A DNA stretch of 63,926 nucleotides, the filler included, from Stramenopiles sp. TOSAG23-3 (Eukaryota), in assembly GCA_900128585.1 (NCBI GenBank). It is 13 parts of 13 records of this genome, joined end to end, with 100 filler letters (N's around TTAATTAATTAA, not from the genome) between each part and the next. Parts side by side here need not be neighbours in the genome. Positions count along the whole stretch, not along the records: positions 54,653 to 60,597 come from LT643411.1; positions 60,698 to 61,707 come from LT646719.1; positions 61,808 to 62,817 come from LT646720.1; positions 62,918 to 63,926 come from LT646721.1; 9 more parts are not named here. One strand, written 5' to 3'. The notes under the pieces were generated by a model. That model saw only the letters and a list, made by a program, of their open reading frames with translations, ran no database searches and was not told where the DNA came from. Below, one piece after another: positions 55,454-63,926 of this stretch (within the stretch, counting starts at the first letter, position 1; every line of letters begins with the position of its first letter). The translations under genes were made by a program, and so were the position numbers.

Positions 55454-56643
55454 TCTGCTTCTTCTCTATTGAACGATATCAGTTTACTCTAGCTTCAGAT
55501 CAAATGTCAAATGTAACACAAGGCTATTGTATTGCGTAAGCAAGCCTCTTTAGAAAAAAAAAGAAGCAATTATCATCCGCAACAATCAACCAGCGACGGT
55601 TTAACGACAAACAGAAAGAAACCTCGTCGAGATTGTACAAATAGAGCTATAAAAGAAGAAGAAATTTATTTTTTATATTATTATGTATTTTTTTTTTATT
55701 ATTTTTATTATAAAATAAATTTGAAAAATAATAAAATAATAAGTAAAAAATAAGGAATGATACAGTTGAACTGTACCTCTGTACTGTATGTATGTAGTAG
55801 ACGACTAAAATTAATATTTAAAATATAATCTAATAATTAATTAATAGGTCCTCGTAGTGTACCGATAGCTAATAATAGAAGAAGGAAGAATTCCTTTCCT
55901 TCCTTTGTGTATAGTAAATAACACTTCTTTATTAAAAAGCAAAAAAAGAAATTATAAAAATAATAATAATACAGTATGAAAAAATGAAAAAAAAAAAGAA
56001 AATGAACTACTAGACTAATAACTAAATTTGGTCTTCTTTCTTTTCTTCTTCTTCTTTTTTAATTTTTAATTTTTAATTAATTAAATAAATAAAAGAAAAG
56101 AAGTGGAATTATTTATAACGACTGACTTGCTAGTCCTATTTAAATTATATAGAGACTATATATTATATTGTAATAAATACGAAGAAACTGAGAGTTTAAT
56201 TCTAGAAACTTTCTTTATTAGTTTAATTCTACGAACTTTCTTGGATTAAAAATCGATGCTCTCTTCCTGTTAATATTTTCCAAAAAATATATTAATATTG
56301 AATGATAAATTATATTTGATGTAAAAAACTGATATAAGGGAATTATTATACTATAAGATAATATTAAATAATATAAGTTTATATAGTAATTTACATTAAA
56401 AATGATGGGTGTTGAAGTTAATAATGAAAAAAAAAGAAGAAGAAGGAGGAAGGCGGCATTGCATGCAAATTATTATAGTCTGTCTCTAGTTACCAAGGAC
56501 AACACTCAGATCCCCGGTTGCAAAATAACGCTTGCGGTTCCAGCGCATTGATTAAATTCTGTATCTTTTTGTCCCGTGTCTTCTTCTTCTTCTTTTTCTG
56601 GCCGCAAAACAACAGCCTTCGTGTCCGTTGGGGTCGAACCGAA

Positions 56644-58137
56644 ATGGAAGTAATCCCGGGACGTTCCGTTGGCCCGTTCGCTCTGGGAAGCACGATTCAA
56701 ACCGTGTTTCGCATCCTCGTGGAAGGCACTGGTTTGAAGTATGAAACGGATTTTTTGTACGACGAAGAGCGTCCGTTTCACTTCGACATGATATTTGACC
56801 TGAAGGAGATAGGAGTGCAACTACGGTTTGACCCAATGACCCAACGGCTTTGGATGGTGGACGTGTACGACGTCGGAAAAGTTACGTTGCGGTACGGCGA
56901 CAGGGTGTTCGCGGACAATGGCGCAGGCGTGCCGACCCTCCCGTTGCTGTACGGTCTGTTCGGACCGACGTTCCCGGGGCATTATGACACAGACTTGGAC
57001 AGTTACATTCTTACGTACCGGGGACTCTCCTTCGCCTTCATGATACCCCACCACGCCGTGAAAGCAGAAGAGATCCCGATGTCCCTTCCCGACGGATCGA
57101 AGCCCTTGGTCTCCCGCATACAGGTCCACACGGGGTCGGATTTGCGACAGATTGCGCTACCGCCTGCCCTGTGCAGGAAGGACAACCATACCCAGATAGT
57201 CCTGTATAAGAACGTAGGCACGGGGCGCTGCTACAATTTTACGGTGCAGCGTCTAGGCAAAGGCGCCGCATTTTTCCAGTACAACGATACTGCCCAGTAC
57301 GTGCTGGCCGAGCTTGGCCCGCCCACGAGCATTTTTGAAAAGGTGGAAGACAAAATGAAGATTCACCGCGCCTCCCCGACGGAGTTTGACGGGACTGTTG
57401 GTGGTGGGGGCGGGCGACAGGGCTGCGGCGGTTCCCCGTCTCGTGGGGGAAAGAGCACCCTGTCCGGCGACCCCCCGGACTACTTTTTGAACTACTTTCA
57501 CCTCGGGATGGACGTGCTGATTGACGGAAAATACCATACGGTGAAGAAGTGCATTGTGCACTCCAACGTTCCCGGACAGAACTCGTTCAACGATTACACG
57601 CGTTGCCACTTCCAGGTGACGGTCGTTGAGACCGAGCGGGACGATTTCGTCCGTGTTCCCAACCCGACGGTGCTTGGGGAATCCCCCGGAGACGCCTCGA
57701 ACCCGGTAGAACCCCCTCGCGCCCCGGCAGCACCAGCCATGGAACCGCCCACCGTAGCGACCGGAAACGGGGAGAAGAAGAAGAAGAAAAAGAAAAAGAA
57801 GAAGGGCTCCAGCTCGCCAACCGAAAAGGATGCGTCGGGCAGCAGCCCGTCCGCCCCTGCCATGGGACATTTTGGAAGTCGAATCGGCGAAGGGGCCGGG
57901 TCTCGGTTTTGCGTCCGGGTGAACACCCTGTGGAGCGAAGTAGAACACAACTTTGGGAAGCCCGCGGGACCAATGATCCGCGCCGATGAAGTCGAGGACG
58001 AAGCGTACTCGTTTTCGGGCCGCATGTCGGCCCCGAGCCCGTACCCAGCCAGCCGAATCTACGCCTACCACGGTTGCGTGTTCGAAATATTGCAGAGCAA
58101 CTACATTTCGAACATTACATTTTTTGCTTCGCATTAA
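56644..58137 (+). CDS. PHAF1: PHAF1/C16orf70 (UPF0183) family protein
   Basis: IPGRSVGPFALG, LRFDPMTQRL, FGPTFPG, ELGPP...KVEDKMKIH, DYFLNYFHLGMD, HSNVPG...FNDYTRC, FEILQSNYI. Confidence 0.9.
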   Translation: MEVIPGRSVGPFALGSTIQTVFRILVEGTGLKYETDFLYDEERPFHFDMIFDLKEIGVQLRFDPMTQRLWMVDVYDVGKVTLRYGDRVFADNGAGVPTLPLLYGLFGPTFPGHYDTDLDSYILTYRGLSFAFMIPHHAVKAEEIPMSLPDGSKPLVSRIQVHTGSDLRQIALPPALCRKDNHTQIVLYKNVGTGRCYNFTVQRLGKGAAFFQYNDTAQYVLAELGPPTSIFEKVEDKMKIHRASPTEFDGTVGGGGGRQGCGGSPSRGGKSTLSGDPPDYFLNYFHLGMDVLIDGKYHTVKKCIVHSNVPGQNSFNDYTRCHFQVTVVETERDDFVRVPNPTVLGESPGDASNPVEPPRAPAAPAMEPPTVATGNGEKKKKKKKKKKGSSSPTEKDASGSSPSAPAMGHFGSRIGEGAGSRFCVRVNTLWSEVEHNFGKPAGPMIRADEVEDEAYSFSGRMSAPSPYPASRIYAYHGCVFEILQSNYISNITFFASH

Positions 58138-58138
58138 G

Positions 58139-58366
58139 TTAGCCCTTGCGTAAGTGTGCGTGTTTGTGATAAATAATATGGTCTTTATCATCTTTATAAC
58201 AATATATTTTATAAACCCAGTTGCCTTCTTCTTTTACTTTATCAATAGGAGGAAGAATGTAATCTTCGTTATATTGTTGGAAATATATACTTTCAACTTG
58301 TTTTTCGTTAAGAGTTTTGAGGAAATCCTCGTTAAAGTAATCAGCATTTATATCTATACAAGACAT
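58139..58366 (-). CDS. Small AT-rich hypothetical ORF (75 aa), possibly virus-like
   Basis: ATG-started, protein-like composition; convergent with PHAF1 (1-nt gap between stops); abrupt GC drop. Confidence 0.4.
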   Translation of the reverse strand: MSCIDINADYFNEDFLKTLNEKQVESIYFQQYNEDYILPPIDKVKEEGNWVYKIYCYKDDKDHIIYHKHAHLRKG

Positions 58367-58557
58367 TATAATATATATTAAAGTTTTTCTTTTTAAGTCA
58401 GTTTGAAATAAATTGTAATTCTCAAATACTTATTTTAATCCTAATTGTAATCTATCAAAAAACTTATTAATAATAAATATTTAATTATTATTAATACATT
58501 AAACCTACCCTACTGGTTTATAAAATCATTATTAGAAATTAAAAAACCTACTCTAGC

Positions 58558-58632
58558 GGTCTATGAGTGCAGTGGAGTTTGATGTAAGAACTAAGCGATA
58601 AATCAGGTATAGCGACCATCGTCGCTTCGCTC
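58558..58632 (+). repeat. 75-bp perfect direct repeat, copy 1
   Basis: GGTCTATGAGTGCAG...CGTCGCTTCGCTC is identical to 60469-60543. Confidence 0.96.
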
Positions 58633-58756
58633 CTCTTCCCTCCAAGTCGCTCCTTCGTGCTTCGCACCGTTCACGCCATCCCCGTCGCTATCTCATAGAT
58701 CTAGGATCTAGGATCGTGAATGTTTTGGGAGTGGCCATATACTTATTCCTAAAGGT

Positions 58757-60377
58757 TCAAATTGCATTTTTATGTTTAAACGCAACAACTGCAGATTCGT
58801 GCACTGGATTTAATACGTTAATATTATGTTGCGTATTTAATGCTGGATCTATATTTTGAATTTGTTGTTTGTTTTTTGGTTGGTTTCTTTGCTTTAATTC
58901 GACAGCATTCATGTTCCATGTATTTCTGTTTTGCAATAAATTGCCTTCAGGTTGTGGTGCAAACCATACTTTTATAAAACAACCTAGCATGCTACATATA
59001 CATATACCAACGAATGATATAATTAAAATCCTCAATAGCGTGTCCGTGCTATCAGTACTGCCATGCGTTGTTTGCGCAGCAGTCTTTGTTGGCGCAGCAG
59101 TCGTCGTTGTAGTTGTGTCAGTAGTTGTGTCAGCAGTTGTTGTAGGCGCAGCAGTCGTCGTAGGCGCAGCAGTCGTCGTTGTAGTTGTGTCAGCAGTCGT
59201 TGTAGTTGTGTCAGCAGTCGTTGTAGGCGAAGTAGTCGTTGTTGGCACAGCAGTCGTCGTTGTAGTTGTGTCAGCAGTCGTTGTAGGCGCAGCAGTCGTA
59301 AGTAGTCGTTGTTGGCACAGCAGTCGTCGTTGTAGTTGTGTCAGCAGTCGTTGTAGGCGCAGCAGTCGTTGTAGGTGCAGCAGTCGTTGTAGGCGCAGCA
59401 GTCGTCGTTGTAGGTTGCAATGCACTTAAATCCAAGGTCCATGCATCGTTACAACATGGATAACTACCTCCAGTACCTCCCCCAAAAACCACCATCTTTC
59501 CATTATACAAAACGGACGAGTGTGAAACACGCCGCACAGTTCCTGTGGTAGTTAGCAACACCCATGCATATGTTGTTAAATCCAACGTCCACGCATCTTT
59601 TTGTACGAAGGTATCATATCCCCCGAAAACCACCATCTTTCCATTCGACACGACGGACGAATGATAATAACGCGCACTGGGTTTTGTTCCTGTGGTAGTT
59701 AGCAAGGTCCATGCAAAGGTTGTTAAATCCAAGGTCCACGCATCGTTTTTACGAAAACCATCATATCCCCCGAAAACCACCATCTTCCCATTCGACACGA
59801 CGGACGAATGACCATTACGCGCACTGGGTTTTGATCCTGTGGTAGTTAGCAAGGCCCATGCAAAGGTTGTTAAATCCAAGGTCCATGCATCGTTGTTACG
59901 GTTACCATTCACCTCTCCCCCGAAAACCACCATCTTTCCATTCGACACGACGGACGAGTGATAATAACGCGCACTGGGTTTTGTTCCTGTGGTAGTTAGC
60001 AAGGTCCATGCAAAGGTTGTTAAATCCAACGTCCATGCATCGTTTTCTGAACCGCCATCATATCCCCCGAAAACCACCATCTTTCCATTCGACACGACGG
60101 ACGAATGACCACGCCGCTCAGTGGGTTTTGTTCCTGTGGTATTTAGCAAGGCCCATGCAAAGGTTGTTAAATCCAAGGTCCATGCACCGTTGTAACGAAT
60201 CATATCATAAACTCCCCCGAAAACCACCATCTCTCCATTATATACAACAGCTGTAGGATAATTACGCACACTGGGTTTCGTGCCAGATGTTGTCAACCAT
60301 TTACATGGAAATGTTTCCGCGGTTGCCCTGGCATACGTCAAATAAATGAATACGAATCGGAATAAAAAGGAAATCAT
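58757..60377 (-). CDS. Type-I membrane protein: signal peptide, 6 Kelch repeats, Thr-rich mucin stalk, TM; frameshift near 59300
   Basis: Six GKMVVFGG...NDAWTLDL units; TTTAAP stalk; TM ILIISFVGICICSMLGCFI. The two ORFs join by a +1 shift inside the tandem repeat. Confidence 0.88.
59080..59412 (-). repeat. Mucin-like coding tandem repeats (TTTAAP/TTTAD)
   Basis: 18-27-bp units built on ACAACGACTGCTGCGCCT. Confidence 0.92.
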
Positions 60378-60468
60378 ATTGGATTAAGATTATGTTTGTA
60401 AGGGAGAACTAATCTGTGGAAAAGATAACTGGTTTTTTTGTTTGGTCGTCTCGTTGACAAGTAAGGAA

Positions 60469-60543
60469 GGTCTATGAGTGCAGTGGAGTTTGATGTAAGA
60501 ACTAAGCGATAAATCAGGTATAGCGACCATCGTCGCTTCGCTC
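60469..60543 (+). repeat. 75-bp perfect direct repeat, copy 2
   Basis: Identical to 58558-58632. Confidence 0.96.
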
Positions 60544-60698
60544 AACAAATCATACATAGAAATACAATGAAAACCGTATATTTTTTCCAATTTAGGANNN
60601 NNNNNNNNNNNNNNNNNNNNNNNNNNNNNNNNNNNNNNNNNTTAATTAATTAANNNNNNNNNNNNNNNNNNNNNNNNNNNNNNNNNNNNNNNNNNNNG

Positions 60699-61616
60699 AA
60701 ACATTGCGTGCGAGGGGCAAGGCTGATGCCATGCATATTTGAGTACGTGTACTTTGCTCGCCCAGATTCATTTTTGAACGGCGTCTCGGTGTACCAGGCG
60801 CGCTTAAACATGGGCGACAAGCTGGCCCGAAAGCTGTTGCGGCGATACCCGAACCATGACATTGACGTGGTCATCCCCATCCCCGATACGAGCCGCACGA
60901 GCGCGCTGCAGCTTTCGTATGCCTTGAACCGCCCGTACCGGGAGGGTTTTATCAAAAACCGATACATTGCGAGAACGTTCATCATGCCTGGGCAAAAACA
61001 GCGCAAGAAAAACGTTCGAAGAAAATTGAACCCGATCCGTGCCGAATTCCAGGGGAAGAACGTCCTCCTCGTGGACGACTCCATTGTCCGCGGGAATACT
61101 GCACAGCAAATTGTACAGCTAGCTCGAGAAAGTGGCGCAAAGCGTGTGTACTTTTGCAGTGCTGCCCCGCCAGTTCGTTACCCTAATGTGTACGGGATTG
61201 ACATGCCGGCATCGAAGGAGTACATAGCCCATGGAAAGACCGAGGAGGAGATTGGCAAACTTTTGGGGGTCGACTGGCTCCTGTACCAGGACTTGGAAGA
61301 TCTGGAAGCCTGCATACGGATACTCAACCCTGGGACTATTCGGGAATTCGACAGCTCGTGCTTCGATGGGCACTATGTCACCGGGGACATTGACGCGCCT
61401 TATTTGGAGCGTTTGGCAAACTTAAGAAACGACGCTGCGAAAAATACTGGTGGTAGAAGTGCTAGAAACAGTTCCCTCTCCGACCGCCCTAACACGTTTG
61501 CACCGGTAGGCAACCTGCAGATAGAGCAATCCAGCGATGACATCGACAATGGAACGGGGGTCACAACTCCCAAACGGAAATCGTGGACTCGCCCAGACAG
61601 TCCCCATGGGCTTTGA
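60699..61616 (+). CDS. purF: Amidophosphoribosyltransferase, C-terminal part (5' partial)
   Basis: PCIFEYVYFARPDS, VIPIPD, KNRYIARTFIMP, VLLVDDSIVRG, PNVYGIDM, SCFDGHY. Confidence 0.96.
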   Translation, partial: KHCVRGARLMPCIFEYVYFARPDSFLNGVSVYQARLNMGDKLARKLLRRYPNHDIDVVIPIPDTSRTSALQLSYALNRPYREGFIKNRYIARTFIMPGQKQRKKNVRRKLNPIRAEFQGKNVLLVDDSIVRGNTAQQIVQLARESGAKRVYFCSAAPPVRYPNVYGIDMPASKEYIAHGKTEEEIGKLLGVDWLLYQDLEDLEACIRILNPGTIREFDSSCFDGHYVTGDIDAPYLERLANLRNDAAKNTGGRSARNSSLSDRPNTFAPVGNLQIEQSSDDIDNGTGVTTPKRKSWTRPDSPHGL

Positions 61617-62464
61617 GAGAAAGCGCGCGCGCGCTCGAGGCGTTTTTTTATAATCTTAATTTTAACAAATAACAAGGCTGTGATTTTTCGAAAACAAAAG
61701 ACTCATTNNNNNNNNNNNNNNNNNNNNNNNNNNNNNNNNNNNNNNNNNNNNTTAATTAATTAANNNNNNNNNNNNNNNNNNNNNNNNNNNNNNNNNNNNN
61801 NNNNNNNCTCATTTTGATATAAAAGTATATACTTATAATATGTATACAATTAATATTATTATACCTATTTAAAATATTATTATTATCACGCAAGTTAATA
61901 ATTTAAGTACAAATATTTTAGATAGGGAAAACCGTATTATCCACCTTTTTTTTCGGAAATATAATTGGAGTAATTGGAGAATTTTGGAGTCACTTTGAAA
62001 GTTATTTTGTCCCACTTAGGAACTACGTTAGGGTTATGGATTAGGGCTAATGCCTTGTATTGCCTGTATAATTCAACTTTTCAACTAAACATGTCATTTC
62101 TACTTTGCAAAATATCTGTAACGCCGTAACTAAAAGACAACAAACGTTTTGATTTTGTCTGCTCAACCCGTACCTAAATCACAAACGTACACCGTTATGG
62201 TCGTTAAATGTAAACTTTGAGTACGATTTTGATTCAAACGTAATCATGTCGTCGAAAATGGGGGTATTTTGGTGTTACCCATGCGGGTTACTGTCAATTG
62301 ACCCAATCTCCCATTTTCCACCCATTTCCACCCATTTCAACCACTTTTGATACGGGTGTTTCATGTTATTGGTACTCGCGTTTCCTTGCATTTGGTGATT
62401 TGTGCTGTTTGCGGGTGGATTCCTATTCTTCAATACCATTGCTAAGCCGCCTGCTTTCAAAAGG

Positions 62465-62817
62465 TCCTTTGAAATGTATTATAGAATGTGTCACACACAC
62501 TTACACCTGTACCATCTCCCCATCAGAGTGCCTGTCTCAGACCCATCAGGTTTGCTGAAATAGTTCAACCGTGTTTATGCCCGAGAAATATTGTTTGTTG
62601 TTCGTTGGAGGGCAAAAAACACTTCCCACAGCCATAACACTACTTGATAAACGAAATGGCACATTATATGGCTCTGGGAAGTGTTTTTTGCCCTCCAATG
62701 AACAACAAACAATATTTCTCGGCACAACAATCCTGGTGGGACTGAGACAGGCACTCTGATGGGGAGATGGTACAGGTGTAAGTGTGTGTGACACATTCTA
62801 TAATACATTTCAAAGGA
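62465..62817. repeat. Long imperfect palindrome/foldback
   Basis: 62465-62540 is the exact reverse complement of 62742-62817 (76 bp); 62581-62636 pairs with 62667-62722 (2 mismatches in 56); 30-nt loop. Confidence 0.93.
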
Positions 62818-62937
62818 NNNNNNNNNNNNNNNNNNNNNNNNNNNNNNNNNNNNNNNNNNNNTTAATTAATTAANNNNNNNNNNNNNNNNNNNNNNNNNNN
62901 NNNNNNNNNNNNNNNNNGGGGACCTCCCCCGGCCTTG

Positions 62938-63925
62938 CTACTTCTTGTTCCCTTCAAACTCCAAGCTGGTCAACGTGGTGGCCCAACCCAACAGCCTCTG
63001 GTCAAAGCTGCCGAGCAAGTCGACGTCCAGGCTCAGCCGCTCCAAACTGGTCATCCCGTCGTACTCGGAAGGCAGCTTCTTTAAGTGGACGTTTCCCTCG
63101 AGCGTCAACGTCTTTAAGTTCCCGAGCCCTTCGCCCAGGGATACAGGCATCTCCTTCAACCCGTTCAAGTGAACGTTCAGCACTTCCAGGGCCTGGCAGA
63201 GGGTTCAATGGTGAAAGATGGTGTTAGTGCCTTGTTCGAGGAAAAGTGTGGGTTTGTGTGGAGCTCAAAGGCTCGGGGTTCTGTATCGTACTTACTTTGC
63301 AGTTTCCGAGCTCGTCGGGAAGGGTCTTTATGCTGTTTTCCTCGATGCAGAGCTCCTTCAAGTTGCTCAGCGCGCCGATGGTCGGTGGCAGGCCACTCAA
63401 CCGGTTCCTGGAAAGGTACAGGCTTTCCAGGCTTAGGAGTTTTCCTACCGTATCGGGCAACGAGGTGATGCTGTTCGTGCTCAAGTCCAAGTCCCGAAGC
63501 ATGGTGGTCTTCGTGTAGAGCATTTTCGGGATCGAGGCCAGCTTGCAATCGTTGCAGGCCAAGCTTCGGATCCGGGGGAGGTCCCCGAGCTCGTCGGGAA
63601 GGACCGTGAGGTACCGGTTCCGGCTGATGGCAAGGTTTTGAAGGCTCGTGCAGAGGCCGAACTCCCACGGGCACTGTTCGATCTTGTTGTCCATAAAATA
63701 CAGGCCTTTGAGCATTTTGAGCTTGGGGAGGCCCTGCGGCCCCATCGGGATGCCTCGCCACGGGATCATGTTTTTGTTTACGAGGAGGGTCTGCAGCTCG
63801 TCCATCCTCCCTATCGCCGGGGGGAGCTCCTTGATCATGTTGTCGCTCAGGTCGCAGTAGGTGAGGGCCTTGAGCTGGGTGAAGCAGCTCGGCAGGTCGG
63901 CCAACCGGTTGCTGTCGAGGTTCAG
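62938..63925 (-). CDS. LRR protein fragment, two exons (63925-63296 and 63192-62938), 5' partial
   Basis: Continuous LRR pattern across the splice: ...LPDELGNCK|ALEVLNVHLNGLKEMP; GC-rich codon usage. Confidence 0.85.
63193..63295 (-). other. Spliceosomal GT-AG intron (103 nt)
   Basis: Donor GTAAGT, branch point CACTAAC about 30 nt before the acceptor CTCTGCCAG; phase 0; restores the LRR frame. Confidence 0.88.
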
Positions 63926-63926
63926 G

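Noticed and set aside
6860-59310. Pervasive programmed ribosomal frameshifting
   Set aside because: The junctions share no slippery motif or shift-site stop; shifts differ in sign and several lie in homopolymers or tandem repeats.
1-63926. Functional gene clusters across the window, and an alternative genetic code
   Set aside because: Contigs are unlinked. Long ORFs translate cleanly with the standard code and end in TAA, TAG or TGA.

Overview
This is not a continuous locus. It is 13 contigs (ten of 5945-5993 bp, then three of about 1010 bp) joined by artificial 100-nt linkers (N44-TTAATTAATTAA-N44), plus one internal N gap, so gene neighbourhood across linkers is meaningless. The content is eukaryotic, standard-code and intron-poor, with AT-rich, microsatellite-rich spacers. 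Cilium-related genes (ARL6/BBS3, CEP164-like WW protein, UBXN11-like) suggest a flagellated protist, possibly a stramenopile (inference). About 29 genes are supported: LRR proteins, MYND/ankyrin, NDUFA3-like, SRD5A3-like, a sirtuin, an ML/NPC2 protein, an MFS transporter, IQ/WW/B-box, CLASP-like, Cwc18-like, an FkbM methyltransferase, FAM50/XAP5, PAP2, Ser/Thr dehydratase, PHAF1, a Kelch-mucin membrane protein and PurF. The most interesting observations are: (1) a giant protein with Cys-rich modules apparently nested inside each other (4 opening + 4 closing halves, then 3 + 3); (2) a Kelch-mucin receptor gene between perfect 75-bp direct repeats, next to a virus-like small ORF; (3) a cytoplasmic tail motif (NRNTWxMxxxELK...LNPV) shared by two otherwise unrelated membrane proteins; (4) a multi-pass membrane protein with tandem D5/RFX-like winged-helix modules; (5) a sirtuin with no zinc domain; (6) a UBXN11-like protein ending in a VIM-like motif instead of UBX; (7) a dispersed repeat family downstream of genes; (8) a 350-bp foldback. 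Many frameshifts and two 79-bp contig-end inverted repeats are probably assembly or amplification artefacts. No rRNA, tRNA or CRISPR array was recognised. All family assignments are motif recognition by eye, with no database search.
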